This document shows positions 12,840 through 27,696 of a stretch of DNA of 64,000 bases, one piece after another (the first letter of the stretch is position 1; every line of letters begins with the position of its first letter). The stretch is taken from the NCBI GenBank assembly GCA_028534125.1, contig CM052816.1:19532001-19596000 (forward strand), read 5' to 3'. This DNA comes from Lama glama. Its lineage: Eukaryota. The position numbers and the translations under genes were made by a program. Under the pieces are notes generated by a model. That model had not been told where the DNA came from, did not search any database, and saw nothing but the letters and a program-made list of their open reading frames with translations.

Positions 12840-12977
12840 CAGGTTGCCAGATAAAGCACAGGATGCCCAGTTAAATTTGAATTTCACATAAGGAGTAATT
12901 TTTTACTGTAAGAGGTAGACGGAAATTCAAATTTGACTGAGTGTTCTGTAATTTTATTTGCTATATCTGGCAACCCA
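12840..12977. mobile_element. MER53-like palindromic hAT MITE, internally deleted
   Basis: Terminal inverted repeats GGTTGCCAGATA / TATCTGGCAACC and inner AAATTTGAATTTC / GAAATTCAAATTT. Confidence 0.85.
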
Positions 12978-14549
12978 TATCCTGCCTATCTACTCAGGGC
13001 AGTTTTTTTTTTTTGTTGGTTTTAACTCACTCACCTGCAGGCCAGTATCTCCTTCCCTAAACCACCCCTAAGGCCATCTCCAGAATTAAAGCTAGGAAAG
13101 GGCCTAGAATGTAGAAGACATGGGGATGGGAGGGTGTACAACTGAGGAGTGGGGCTCTGCTTTCCCAAGCAGAAGCACAGAAGGGGAGTCTAGGAGAAAA
13201 TTCTTGGAGGAAATAAAAAGGATGACTTTAGTCAGCAAGTAGGGTATTTTAAGGAAGAGGGCCTCCTAAAATCGAACAAAGCAAGTTTTGAGCAGCCACC
13301 AGTGCTAAATCAGAGAGTGCAGCTTTCAGGGTTATTTTAAGAGGCTGAAAAAAACAGAAATAGATTTAAAACATCTTTACAACAAATCATTGGTAAATAT
13401 AGCAATGTTAAGAGGAACCTGGGCTTTTTGGCCATGAGGTGAAATCCTGGCTCTGCCATTTTTAATAGTATACGGTTGACAGCAGGTTATCTAACTTTTC
13501 TTAAAGTTCAGTTTATTTATCTCTAAAATCAGGATGAAATTATATATGGATAAAATATGTAAAGTAATGAATACAATGCCTGGTGCACATTAAGCACTTC
13601 AGAGTAGTAGCCATTATTATCTGGATCATACAATTTCAGTGGAGTAACCATAGTTCCCTTGTGACCATCAAAGAGAGATTGTTAGATCGGAAAGATGCAT
13701 CATGAATCTGCCCCTATGGATAATTTGTATAATTTAAATAGGCTGCCATTGTTTTGCTATAGTAAATTCTCTAGTGGGTGGAGGATCTGAGGCAATGGAC
13801 AACATGGCTGAATGGGTCAACAGTTCTAGAGTTGATCACTAAAGTCATCATTTGGCTAACAACCTCCCTCATCTATAACAGTGTAATAGCAAACCTTTAC
13901 TTTTTCACATAACCTTCATACTGTATTTGAAGGTACATGAAAAGCCAATGGGACAGAGGATTACGGGAATTTAGGATTGATGAAAAGGAGGCTGATTGGA
14001 CTCCTGTGGACACTCCAATGTGGATCCCCCGTGGTTACTTACTCTTTCCTTTTTATCATGTCCTTTTCCTCCCTGTGTTTGTGTTTTGACTGTTTTGTTT
14101 CGACAGATGCATTACAGATGGTAGAACTGTTATCTTCTGATAAATACTATATATACACTCTCTAATGACAACTCAATAAATCCAGCCACAAGATAGAAAG
14201 CACATTTGACTGCCTTGCTAGTATGGGGCACCTGCACTTATTTTCAGTGAGAAAATTTCTTTCAGATGTAAAACCTTGATTTTATTTTCATTTCTAGGAG
14301 GGGAAAAAGTTGACATCCTCTTCCTTTGGCTGTAATGAACTCTATGCACCAACACTACACAGCTTGGGGATTGTTCATACAAGAATCTGATAATAATTGG
14401 AGTTGTGCACAGCTACACAGCTGTACTCTGGGTGTTGTTTGCCCCTTAGACAGGTTTGCCTAGATTTTTTTTTAATCTGATGCATGATGAGGGCCTCTTT
14501 CTCTCCCTCCCTCCCTCTCATCAACAAACAAGTATTTTTCATGCAGATC

Positions 14550-15040
14550 ACTGTGGCAAAGTGTATTTTCCAAAGATTGCCACACTAACATTCCCCATCC
14601 TACATGCTGTTGTGCAAAGTAATTTTGCCATTGCAGCATCAGTACATAGAATCTAATTCCCCTCCCTTTAAATCTGGATGGGCCTGTGTTTCACATATAA
14701 TCAACAGAATGTAGCAGTATATGAAACAATCCTGTATGATTTCTGAGGCTACACAGATTTATCCTTTTTTGCTGGAAGGTTTGCACAGGCGTTCTGAGCC
14801 ATGAAGTATGTACATGGACTGTCCTGAGGCTGCTACGCTCTGAGGAAGTTCAAACTAGCTTGCATAGAGAACCCCTGACACTACATGAAGATGCCCACCA
14901 CCAGGAGCTGATCTTAGTCCCACTCTGTTCCAACTTTGGCCATCATTGAACTGCTTCTGCCTGGGGCCGTAACTAGAAATGTCCAATTTGAGCTCTTTCC
15001 AAATTCCTAACCCACAAAAGCAGATTTAAAAATTGTTATT
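14550..15040 (+). mobile_element. MaLR (MLT1-like) solo LTR
   Basis: Starts tgtggc...tgtattttccaaagat and ends ccaaattcctaacccacaaaa...ttgttatttt. Related start at about 60035. Confidence 0.65.
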
Positions 15041-15526
15041 TTAATGGAGAAAAAGTCTTTTCAGCAAGTGGTGTTGGGAAAGCTGGACAGCCGCATGCAA
15101 ATCAATGGAAGTTAGGACACTCCCTCACACCACGCATAAACTCAAAATGGCTTAAAGACTTAAACATAAGACAAGATACTATATATTTGTGAAATATAAT
15201 GTTTTTACTTAAATGCCTTTTTTCCTCCTGACTCCCCCACCATCACCCCATGTTATCTACTATTAATGGAGTTTTGCACGTATCTTTTTGGGTATATTGG
15301 TAAACAAATTAATATGCAAGTGGTTTTTTGGGGTCCTTACACTAGCTACAAATTTATATGCAGTAAACATGGTTTATATATAAATTGTCGTAATTTGTCC
15401 AACTACCATTTGTTGAAACAATTCCAGTGAACTGGAACTGCCAGGACTAAGGGTATCCAAAATTTATATTTTGAGTCCAAGCTATAGATTTCCCCCTAAT
15501 TACATAGATGAGTCCTCATCAATCTT

Positions 15527-15528
<2 letters not shown>

Positions 15529-15576
<48 letters not shown>
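15529..15576 (+). repeat. (AC)24 microsatellite
   Basis: Perfect dinucleotide run at the 5' edge of an L1 3' fragment. Confidence 0.97.
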
Positions 15577-15579
<3 letters not shown>

Positions 15580-16010
15580 GGAATACTACTCAACCATAAA
15601 AAAGAATGAAATAATGCCATTTGCAATAACATGGATGGATGTGGAAGGTATTATGCTAAGTAAAATAAGTCACACAGAGAAAGACAAATATTGTATAAAA
15701 TCACTTATATGTGGAATCTGAAAAATACACTAGTGAACATAAATAAAAGGAAACAGACTCAGACATAGAAAACAAACTAGCAGTTATCAGTGGGAAGAGG
15801 GAAGGAGGGAGGGGTCAGACAGGGGTAGGGGATTGAAAGGTATAAACTATTATGTATAAAATAAGCTACAGAATATATTGTATAACACAGGGAATAAATC
15901 CAGTAACTATAAATGGAGTATATCTTTTAAAAACTGTGAATCACTATGCTGTACACCTGTAACATATAATATTGTACATCAACTATATCACAAATTTTTA
16001 AAAAAGTAAA
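15577..16010 (+). mobile_element. L1 3' end
   Basis: gtggaatactactcaaccataaaaaagaatgaaataatgccatttgc...tcactatgctgtacacctg. Confidence 0.85.
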
Positions 16011-17759
16011 AACACCAAAACAGCACATGCAATTCTTAAGAAGGAAGTTAAAATCATTCAGGTGTTGGAAGTACTTACAGCCAAGCCTTCCAAGAATAAC
16101 TGTGCATCAACTGATGTTCCTCTTCTTTCTTTGGTCCATCCACTCCAGATAACCTTCAGAAAATTTGAAGGTTAAAGGAATATCTTGTGATATTGCCTGG
16201 TGTTCTGCTGATACAGATACCCAAATCAATGGGCAAGTTTTACAAAATAAAATTCAGCATCTGTTTCCATTTTATTAAAATACTTTCATGTTAAAAGGCC
16301 TTTTTTAATATAAAACAAAAATTAAAATTATCATACTAAAACATGCCAAGTGATGGATTAAGTATTCTAGTTTGGTTATATATTTTATATAGTTCTTGGG
16401 ATACCCCTGGCATAGGCATTACACACATTTTTAAAATGAACAAAATAAAAAGGTAATTTGCCTAAGGTCCCCCATTAAATGGCAGAGCTTGAATTTGAAC
16501 CCAAAGCTAACTCTGTCAGTATGCCAAATTGTGCAAATGCATTATTCTCATTTAATTTTCACTACAAACCTATTTCTGACGCTTGGCAAGATTAAGCAAC
16601 AACTAGAGAAAGATCATAAATTAGTGAATGACTGTGCAGGGACTCAAATCCAGGTCCATTGCTAAATTCAGTGTGTTCTGCTACAAACATAGAAATAAAA
16701 AGAAAAGTAACATATATTATAAATATAAAATTAGGAATATGAAGCAAATAGATTACTGAATTAGGCAATGAGTGTCCTGTAACAGCCACTGTAGTCAATA
16801 TGTCTATTCAAAATTAGGGTTCAAACATTTATCAGTAGTCACTGTCTATTTGAAATCTGGGTTCAAACATTTCACAAAGGCTAGATCAACAAAATCTAGC
16901 TTCATATAAGCAAATTGCAACAAAAATGCTACTTTGGCAAATGCCATAAAAAGAACAAATATTTATCCACATGCTTCTGGTCTCATTGGGAAGCTACTGT
17001 AGGGGTGCTGTGTCTGGGGTAGAGGGGAGAGAAAAGCTTACAGGATGCATTAGCAGAGCAGGAAACAGGCTACAGGTGAGACATCAGTGTGCAGAGAAGG
17101 ACTAAATTCTGAAAATAAAAGGAGTATGCTTAGTTGTATCTCACGCTTCTACACTCTGCTCAAAGGGATACCCTAGAATCTGAAGTTTACCTGGAACAGA
17201 ACTCAGACCAGATGATGTACTTCAAACTAGTGTCTTTTTGTTTCCTTTGTTTTCCTTCCTTATCTCACCCATCTTTCTTCAAATATTCTTTGTTTATAAA
17301 AATTTTTAAAAAGATAATACTGTCATTCTAAGGATTCCTTCAAACCATTTAAATATTTTGTAAAATGTCAATTGTATAAAATGAAGGCAATTGTAAAACT
17401 CATACACCCTAAAATTCAAGACAGAGCATACTGCTTCCCTAAAGTACCTTACTAAGTCAAAAGACCTTTTGTGAGTCTGGAACATCTGGTTACACCAAAA
17501 TACAAGGAAGCTGACAAAGAATACTTGGGTTATGCCAAAATGATTGAGGAGCCAAATTAGCTCCTACTAGCCAAAGATGGAACAATTTGAGCATACAAAA
17601 TAAATAATTTTAAAAAGACACATCATGTATGTTACAATCCATGAGTTCCTATTAATACAAAAAAATTTTTTTTAACTTAATGGACCAAAATTATTGTCAA
17701 TGATTCTCAGTTTCTGTTTGAAAGTAGAGAAATCCTGACCATCATGAAAATAATGTAGA

Positions 17760-18790
17760 ATAAACCAACAGGTGCAGAAAAAGCATTTTATAAAGTCCCA
17801 CACCCATTCATCATTAAAAAAACTCTCAAAACACTAGGAACAAAGGGAACTTCCTCAATCTGTTAAAGGGCATTTACCATAAACATACAGCTAACATTAT
17901 ACTTAATGATGAAAGACTTCCCCTTAATATCAGGAAGAAGGCAATGATATCTATTCTATTTCTATTTAACATTGTATTGAAGGGTCTAGCCAGTACAATA
18001 AGTAATAAAAAGAAATTAAAGGTATATATTTTGGAAAGAAAGAACAACTGTCTATATTCTCCAATAACATGATCTTGTATGTAGAAAATCCTATGGAAAT
18101 AATCCAAAAAACTACCTAAGCTAATGTGAGTTTTAACAAGGATGTCAGATATAAGATCTGTAGACAAAAATGGACTGTATTTCTATATAGTATCAACAAA
18201 GTGAAATAAAGAAAGCAATTCCATTTACATTATTGTCAAAAATAATAATACACTTAGGAATAAATTTAACAAAAAAAGTGCAAGTTTCATACACTTAAAA
18301 CTATAAAACATCACTAAGGAAAATCAAGGAACACCTAGGCAGATGAGAGATGTACCAAGTTCTTGTATTGGAATACTGTTATGATAGCACATTTTCCCAA
18401 ATTAATCTATAGATACAATATAATCCCTAACAAAATCATAGAGCGCTGTAGAAACTGACAAACTTATCCTAAAATCTATACGGACCAAATCTATACAAAG
18501 ACCAAAATAGCCAAAACAATTTTAAGGAAGAAAAATAAAGTAAGAAAACTTATACTACCCAACTTCAAAACTTATAAAACTATAGAAATCAAGACAGTGT
18601 AGTATTGGCATAAGTACTAACATATAGATCAATGGGATAGACAAGAAAACCCAGAAAAAAGCCTATACAATTATGGTCAATTGATTTTCAATAGACATGC
18701 CAAAATAATTCAATGGAGGGAAAGATAGCCTTTTAAACAAACAATGCTGGGATAATTGGACAGTCATACAAAATACAATAAACTGTATAC
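17760..18790 (+). mobile_element. Degenerate L1 ORF2 fragment
   Basis: gcagaaaaagcattt...cccattcat...gtagaaaatcct...ataaatttaacaaaa...caagacagtgtagtattggca. Confidence 0.8.
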
Positions 18791-19814
18791 TTACAATGGG
18801 TAAAATTTTTTGATATGTAAATTACACTTCAATATAGAGACTTAGCAATTAGAAGAAAATTTTTATAATTATGGGACAATTAGTTCGACTTTATGTTTGG
18901 ATACTTGGTGATATATAATAATTATTTTAATGAATAATAATAGTATCATGCTTGTATGTTTAGAAAGTCATTAGTTATAGATACCTATTGAAATATTTTA
19001 GGATTACTTGATTGGAGAATTTGTTTCAAAACAACTGAGTGGGGCAGAGAGTAGGTGGGGATGTACATGAAAAAAGACAGGCCTTGAATTTTTAATTACT
19101 GACGCATGGTGATGGTCACATGGAGGGTCATTGACTCTATTTTGACTAAATTTTGTATAAATTTTGTTATTTCTAAAATAAAAATTTAAACAGAATTTTT
19201 ACACTTTTTGTATGTGTGCTCTTTTAGTTACAGTCCTACAGTTACTCCAAAAAAATCAGTTTCAGTCATCAGCCATTCTGCACCTGGCATACTGAGGATG
19301 CGTAACATTTTGTAGTTATTATTTGTCTCTTTCATGTGACAGAGGGAGCACAATAGCCATATAAGTAGCTCCCAACGTGATTTAAAAGCCAGCACCATCA
19401 CGATTTATGAATGATCTCTTACCTGATAAAAAAGAAAAAGCACAATAACCAGTTTTTCTGTTGAAATTCATCTGAAAACAAGCCTAAAGTTTAGGACTAA
19501 GCAGGTGGGCTGGAGTTTCCACAGCTCTATGCTAAAATTAATTAGCTAATTTGAGAGATAAAACATGTTAAAATTTTTATTCAGAACAAATAAAAATTGG
19601 CATTACATAGCTTAATTTCTACATACTAAGGCATTTGTCTTCCACTGTGGGTTCCTTGAGGGTAGGGACTTGAGCTGCTACACTGTAGAGATGTTCAATA
19701 GTTATTAAGATTATTGAATTTTTTAGGCCAGTTGAAAACTTGGGGAAATTACTAACTTAAATGTATTTTTTACTTAAAATGTAACAAATTCTTTATGTTC
19801 AAGAGTGGTTTCCA

Positions 19815-20436
19815 CGCCTGTTAGAATGCCTATTATCAAAAAAACAAGAAATAACAAGCATTGATGAGGATGTGGAGAAAAGCAAACACTTGTGCACTAC
19901 CAGTGGGAATGTAAATTAGTGCAGCCACTATGGAAAACAGTATAGAGGTTCCTCAAAAAATTAAAAATAAAACTACTATGTGATCCCACAATTCCACTCT
20001 GGGTATTTATTTGAAGAAAACGAAAACATTAACACAAAAAGATATAAGCACTCCCATGTTCATGGCAGCATTATTTACAATAGCCAAGATATGGAAACAA
20101 CTTGTATCCATCAACAAAATAGGTAAGAAAATGTGATATATAGACACAGAAATCTTTATCTATATAACACATTTATCTATATATAGAAACATGATTCAGC
20201 CATAAAGAAGAATGAAATCTTGCCATTTCTAACAACATAGATGAATCCTAAGGGTATTACACTAAGTGAAGTAAGTCAAAGAAAAATACTGTAATGATCT
20301 CACGTGTGTAATCCAAAAAACAAAAACAAAAACCAAGCTTACAGATACAGAGAACTGATTGGTGGTTCCAACAGATGGGTGGCAGTGGTGGGCACTTAAT
20401 GGATGAATGGATTTAAAAGGTACAAACTTCTAGTTA
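19815..20436 (+). mobile_element. L1 ORF2 end / 3'UTR fragment
   Basis: gaggatgtggagaaaa...gtgcagccactatggaaaacagtat. Similar to 9066-9976. Confidence 0.85.
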
Positions 20437-20449
20437 CCCTTCTAGATGA

Positions 20450-20628
20450 GGGGGGTCAGCAAACTTTTCTGTAAAAGAAAGGAATAATCAGTAAATATTT
20501 TAGGTTTTGCAGGCCTTATGTCACAACTACTAACTGTCATTGTAGTGCAAAAGCAGCAAGAGACAGTATGTAAACAAATGGGAATGGCTATTCCAATAAA
20601 ACTTTATTTACAAAAACAGGCACTGGGT
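20450..20628 (+). mobile_element. MER58A-like hAT DNA transposon
   Basis: ggggtcagcaaacttttctgtaaa...gtaaatattttagg...ccaataaaactttatttacaaaaacaggc. Confidence 0.8.
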
Positions 20629-21074
20629 CTGTTCTAGGTGATCTGCAGGATTCGGAGAAAATGGAAAAGGTTCAAATAATTAGGGGGAAGTGTTTTTCTT
20701 TTTACATCATCAATATTTGAGTTACAAAAAATGCACATGCTGTTCTCCCTAAGGTTAAAAAAATTAGCCATATTTAATGTCTAAATTTTTTAGACTAAAA
20801 AGATCAATCACATTTAAATTTAAGCCTTTAGAACTATTAGCCTGAAGTATCTTAATGCTGGGAAGAAAATGAGATCCATTTATAAGTTAGAAGTTTGAAT
20901 TACAAATATATAAATAATTACTATTTTGAGAAAAACAAAAAAGTATAGAGAGGCAGATTTCAGAAAGCACAACCCAAGAAAAATACAAGACCCACAAACA
21001 TGAAAGAGGGTTGCCATTCTTAATTACCCTGCTTGGAAAATACTCTGCTAAGAAATAAAGTAGTAAACATAACT

Positions 21075-24000
21075 GGTTTTAAAGTAATGACTTTATTAAT
21101 AAATATACATCCATATGATGATATAGATACAAATCATGAACACTACTCCATTCCCATACACATAATTGCACACGAGTAGCTCAAGTTCATGGACATAAAA
21201 ACATACACAGTATCTATTCAGACTTTTTACAGCAGAGGACAGCGTGCTTGAATCAGTTAATTGGTAATTATTCTCCATAATTATCTGTGGAAAAAGGAAA
21301 CTGTGAAACTTAAAGAATCAAAGTGATCTGATTACTATAAATCACACATTTGATTTACCATCAGAGTAAATTTTCCAAAAATTAAACACATTCTATGTGA
21401 GAACACAGATTTACCTACTTGGGGGGAGGGAAGGGGAAAAAGCAAAGGAAAGATTTAGATACATCCTAGAGTTTAATAGCATATAGTTAAACTATAATAA
21501 AAACAAAAACATAACAGCATCAAAATATTTTATGTCCAAAGAAAAAAAAATGTTTTGAACAACTGTTGTGAATTCTTTTAATTTTACTATAAAAGGATCG
21601 TAAAATTTTACTGCATATATGGACAATGACTGACAGGGTAGCAGTTATTGTCAACATCCCCTGAATTGTTCTTTTAAAGCTTCTTAGAATATAAAAGTTG
21701 TTTTTTTTTTCTTGAGCTCATACACTCGTTTTTCTTACAATGGATGAATCACTTTTGAACTAATAAACAAATCCAGATAATTATTTTCCCTCCTTAATTC
21801 AAAGAAAACTCTATTCTTATTTCATGAAAATACACATGTAAATTCACACAAACATGAGTTTGGAATAAATATTACTTGTACTACTTTAACAGATGTTTCT
21901 TTTAAAAAGTAAATAAAAAATATAAAGAATCTTTTAGTCTAATTGAAACACTGATTTTTAAAACATCCCCAAATATTAAAAATTGGATACTTATTTTTTC
22001 CAATACACTGTGCTAGTATTTTTTTATATATCCAGTGCAAAACTCCAAAGATAGTATCAAAATCATCCCACATTAAAGATTAGTTATGCAAGGATATATC
22101 TGCCAAAAAAAAAAATTCATCTGTATTAGCTCCTAATTTGTTAATAAAAGAATAATAAATAAGGCATGTTAAAATATTTTTTAAAGAAAAAAAGTAAAGC
22201 AAACTTACTTGAATAGCAGATCAATTTCTGACCAACAGTTTTAATACAGAATAGTGAAACCTATTTTGTGAAGAACAGAATGACACAATATAAAATTAGC
22301 AATTTACCTTTCAAGGAATAATCATTCAGTGGGAGGAAAAGGCCAGTTTTCCCCTACTGATTATATTAAAGTATAGGCAATTGTTTAACATGCTATTTCA
22401 GTGTTTATCATGACAAGAGACAGTGTTACAAAAGATGCACAATGTAGTCTTTAGAGATAAGTAAAAATATTTTATATTTTAAGACTTCATTCATGTTATC
22501 ACTTAGATATCTGTCTTTCTGTTCAACATGGCACCAATAAACTGTTCACAAGGAGAAAAGGAAGTAGAATCAGGAGATGCTCATCAGCATACAGATATAA
22601 TATTCCAGGTAACTACTCACATTAACAGGAAATTCACCTTTCTAAATGATGTTATCCATTCACAAAAGTAGTAGCCATTTGCCCTCCTTTTTTCCTGGGA
22701 CATAGCTCCTCATGTTAATAAACACTGCCATGAACATACTTCCTTTAGCTGATTTCATCATTTCATTAACATGTGCACAAAATTCATTATACAATAATAC
22801 ACCTGCTCTATCTTCTGACACACAGCACAGCACTACTGAGTAGATGTGCTGGAGGGTGTAGAAAGAAAAAAGAGAACGAATGTAGGAAAGGGTAGGGAGA
22901 AAGGGCAGAGTATGTGTAAGAAAATCAGGACTGAAAATAAACTGACAGAGAAAGGTCAAATAGGCATACTATAAAACACAACATGCAACCAATCCTTGAC
23001 AATGACATACATAATTCTGTGGTAGAACATTTAATTAACCAACTGTTTTCAGCAATTCAAAAGAGGATTTCTAAGCAGCCAACTGCTGAAAATCATCTTG
23101 AGAAACAGCTAAATGACAGATACATAATGAAAGTGGATAGATGAACATATGAATAAAGATGTAAGCATTTGTGTCAGAAGTTATACCGTTTTGAGTAAAT
23201 TATTTAACTTTTATATTTTAAGTTTCTGCAAGAAGAAACTCCTATAGCAATTTAGCTGCCAGCATGTTACAACTGATTATATGTAAGTTATCCAACATTG
23301 TTCTCTCTGGTTTGTGCAAAACTAAAATTGTTGAGGTCACTGTCTTAGATGCCAGTGCACACACAGTCCCCACATACAATGCAACACCTCTTACTGTAAA
23401 GAGCAGCATAAAGTCCAGCTCATTGTGTCAGGCATCACTGGAACACCTGAAGGCTTGCTGCTTTTTTCCTGATGAAAAAGGTATGAAACATGACATCCAT
23501 TTGCAATCAGAGTTTGCATTAATTGAGAGCAAGCCCAAATAACACAATTTGCGCCCTTTAAAAAATTTAATTATTTTTAAAGTTTTGGGGTCCTTCAAAT
23601 CTACATTATAATCTCAAAGGCATTTAAGCTTGCAAATACATTGTAACTTTAAAGTTGAGTGGAATTTTTTCCAAATCCAAAGTTTATAATAGTTTATTTT
23701 ATTTAGAACAAATTCAGAATAAATAAAATGTATATTAACAAAGAATATTACTTTCGGAAAGGAAGAAAAGAGATTTCCCTCTGTCCCTACTATATATACC
23801 TACCCAATACGTTTTTTTCATTGCTGTCTACCTTGCTTCTAAAGCAAACACTGTTGGAAAAAAAATTTTGTTTTGGATGAAGTGGTCTCACTAGAGCCAC
23901 AATGAGATTTTTAATTAAACTAACCAACATATTTTTTATATGTTTCATGCATAGATGGATTCCTATATATTTCTTAATATTTGGGTTCTTACAGTCAGAA

Positions 24001-25032
24001 AATTACATTTTGTTTATACCAGTTTTACAGTCTACCATTCAATTTGTGCCCTTTGGTAGATATAAACCTGAAACCACAGTAAGTGCTAATGCAATGGCAC
24101 AACTCAGAAAAAACTAAAACAGTTCTTAATAAACGAACAACATTAGTGTTTTAAGCATAATGCTTTAAAACTAAGTATATGAAAGGCAAAACATAATAAC
24201 TATAGCTACATGCAGACCTTAAGAATGTTTCTTTTTCTATTATATTAAATATGCTATTCTCAGAATGCATTGTATTTCACCAAAAATGTAATGTGCAGTT
24301 TTTATTAAAAAGTTTAATTTTTTTGTAAATACGAATTGTTTGTAGTGTTTGGTATATGCTCTCAGGCAATTAAAAAATACACAACCTATCGTGGATGAAA
24401 GGCAAACACTAAAGAATTCTTAAAGAATAATGGTTAAATCAACTAATGCCATGTAGATCAATAAATAAGAAGCTGCTTAAACCTAGAACATTAAAAATAA
24501 GATTTTTAACTTATGAAGTCCATGTAAATGCCAAAGTATACAAATATCTGTGTCTTGTCTCATGAACACATAAATGTCATAAAAACTCACAGCCATTACC
24601 TCAAGTAATCCTGAATCATTACGTTGCTTTGTTTCGTCAGTTAAAAATATCTTAGATATTTTTATCATAATGTATGCTTACTTCACAAACTAACAGGTAT
24701 AATGGTTTCAGTTGTTTAGCACATAAAGCATCCATTTAGAATGACCCAAAAGTAGTAGTGAAATATGAGATACAACCATAACTCTAAAGGAAAAGCAAAA
24801 ATGATTTAAACAGGTGTTACATTTGAACCTATGTATAAATACAATGCCACTGCTTATGCCCTGAGTGCATCTGTCAGCATATGGCAGTTTCCGAGCAGAA
24901 GCAGGGAAAAAAAACAAACAGGAAAACAAATTTGGAAAGCCCAGGCTGCAAAATCATGTCAAAATAAAACCAAGAAGCTTTGGGATTATTCAAAATCTTC
25001 TTTCTAAACCTGGCCCTCTTTTCCTGCCTCGT
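21075..25032 (-). other. C5orf24: Long AU-rich C5orf24 3'UTR with candidate polyA signal
   Basis: Repeat-poor AT-rich stretch. AATAAA on the minus strand at 21092-21097. The 3' end is inferred. Confidence 0.65.
23428..23468 (-). CDS. C5orf24: Alternative terminal coding segment of C5orf24 (155-aa isoform ending GKKQQAFRCSSDA*)
   Basis: Acceptor ctttttcatcag|GA at 23468, in phase with the internal donor CCA G|gtagca at 25173/25172. Confidence 0.7.
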
Positions 25033-25602
<570 letters not shown>

Positions 25603-27110
25603 CTACCAAAAATAAAAGACAAATATGCATAAATACACATATACAAGTATGTATCTGTATGACAGCATTTAGAGGGAAAATAGTCTGTCTTCCAACAACT
25701 ATGCCGGCTATCTAAAATTAGCTGACAGGCAGGACTCCAGACCACTTATAAACAAACACACATCAGCAGATTGAAAGATACTTGTTTTTCTCAATTTAAT
25801 CACTGGGAGGCACAAATGCCATACAAGATAACTCAACTATAGCATGGATTTACTAGTCATATGTTCTTTGCTTAGGAACTGTAAAGTGTATAAGTAGAAA
25901 ATAAATCTGTCATACTTTGTAGGCTCTTTTCTTCTAAATTACTAAATCTTAAAAAGATAGTAACAAAGATAACTCTTATTAACATGATTTTTTTTTTCAG
26001 TTGCCTAACATTCTTAGAATGTCTCCTTTTGGCCTTTTATTATATTTCCCACATGTATACTTTTGATCTGGCCAGTTTCCACAAGGTGGACACTTCCTCA
26101 TCATTATCATAATTGTGTTATTTATACAGAATCTTGAGTGTATGTTTCACTTAAAAGATGGAATGTGCCAAGCAAAGAACATGATCTCTTGGCCAAAGGT
26201 ACTGACTCCCTTCAAACTAATCTATCCAAACAGAAGGCAGTACCAATATAAAGGATAAACAGAGGTTTCCATTAGCTAATGTGAGTGAACATTTATAGAA
26301 ACAACTGAGACTTATATAACAAAATATAATAATAAAATAAAATTTATATTTTGCAAGTATAGTTATCAAAGATAAAAAGTTGAATGTACAACACTGCTTT
26401 TCCCCTTAATCATAAATATGGTGTGGATCTTTTTCCCTGAAAAGAGCCCAGTGACTTACTAACAGTCCAAAGTCTGTTTTGTCTGTGAAGGATCCCTGTG
26501 AATTCTCTATTACATAAAGGATGTATTATAACCACCACTATAACAAGCCAACTCTAAATAGCCATATCGTTTAGACACACAGAAAATAAGTTTATATAGA
26601 CTACAGTATTATATTTCAATGAGGTTAAAAAAAACAAAAAACAAAGATACAGGTTTCAATTCAGATTCAGAAAGAGTCACAAATGTATATTTAGGTCTAG
26701 CCCCAAGTTGTTAGATGTTTGCCTGCACCTTTCATAAATGTAAAATTGCACCAAAACCTTGGTTATGAAAATAGTTACAGAGCTAAGAATAGATAATTAA
26801 TGTGAGCCAAAACCACTGTAAATTTATTTCAGTTTATAAAGGCAAAAGGAAATGGGGATCAAGTCAAACAACTGAATTCAGTTAAATTACTAAATATTTG
26901 CTGAGGATCAACAGAGATAGAGTAGGGCCATTAGCCAGCTAGCTTATTTCTTTGTTTTTCTTTTTTTCATTTTTAAAACTTTCTTTTTAAATTTTATCTA
27001 TGTATGGATGTGTGTATATTTTATTCTTTTTGGCATGTTTTATTCTTTTTGGTCATCTAGCTTAAAATCTTAACTGTGAAGAAAAAACATTTACAATGAG
27101 AAGCTACTTG

Positions 27111-27228
27111 TTTTTTTGTTGGGGAGGGAGGTAATTAGGTTAAGTTATTTATTTATTTTAGAGGAGGTACTGGGGATTGAACACTTGTGTACACTAAGCA
27201 TGTACTCCAGCACTTGAGCCCTCCCCTG
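27111..27228 (-). mobile_element. vic-1-like tRNA-derived SINE
   Basis: Antisense copy of the family seen at 61646. TSD GAGAAG(C/T)TACTTGTTT at 27098-27113 and 27229-27244. Confidence 0.85.
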
Positions 27229-27696
27229 GAGAAGTTACTTGTTTATGGCAGAAGCCCTATAGACTTGAAAACATAAAACAAGACTGAACTAAACACAAAT
27301 ATTAAAAGGAGTAAATTCTTCACTCATTCCCCAAGGATATAATGAGAACTAGATTATTAATTATCACTTCATTTACTCAAAGTCTAATTTCAGATGAAAA
27401 ATAGGAAGAGATCATCAAGATGTGTTCCAAATGAAGTAGTATTAAGCAGAAAGTTACCAGCTTTTCAGTTTTTTACATGCCAGGTAATAATTAGCTTGGC
27501 ACTTTGCACACCATCTGATTTAATCATCACTTATAACCCAACTCTATAAGGAACATACTATTAGCTTTTTCATAGAAACTGAGGCAGGAACTTTAAGCAA
27601 CTTGCCAGGTTCACACATTAGGAAATTGTAAAGTCAAATACAAACACAGATAATCTGAATTCAGAACCAACAATTTCAGTATAATGTAAAACTATA

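Noticed and set aside
12144..12887. Long overlapping ORFs (247, 178 and 107 aa) over the TXNDC15 promoter
   Set aside because: Stop-codon depletion in a CpG island, Arg/Pro/Ala-rich with no recognisable domain.
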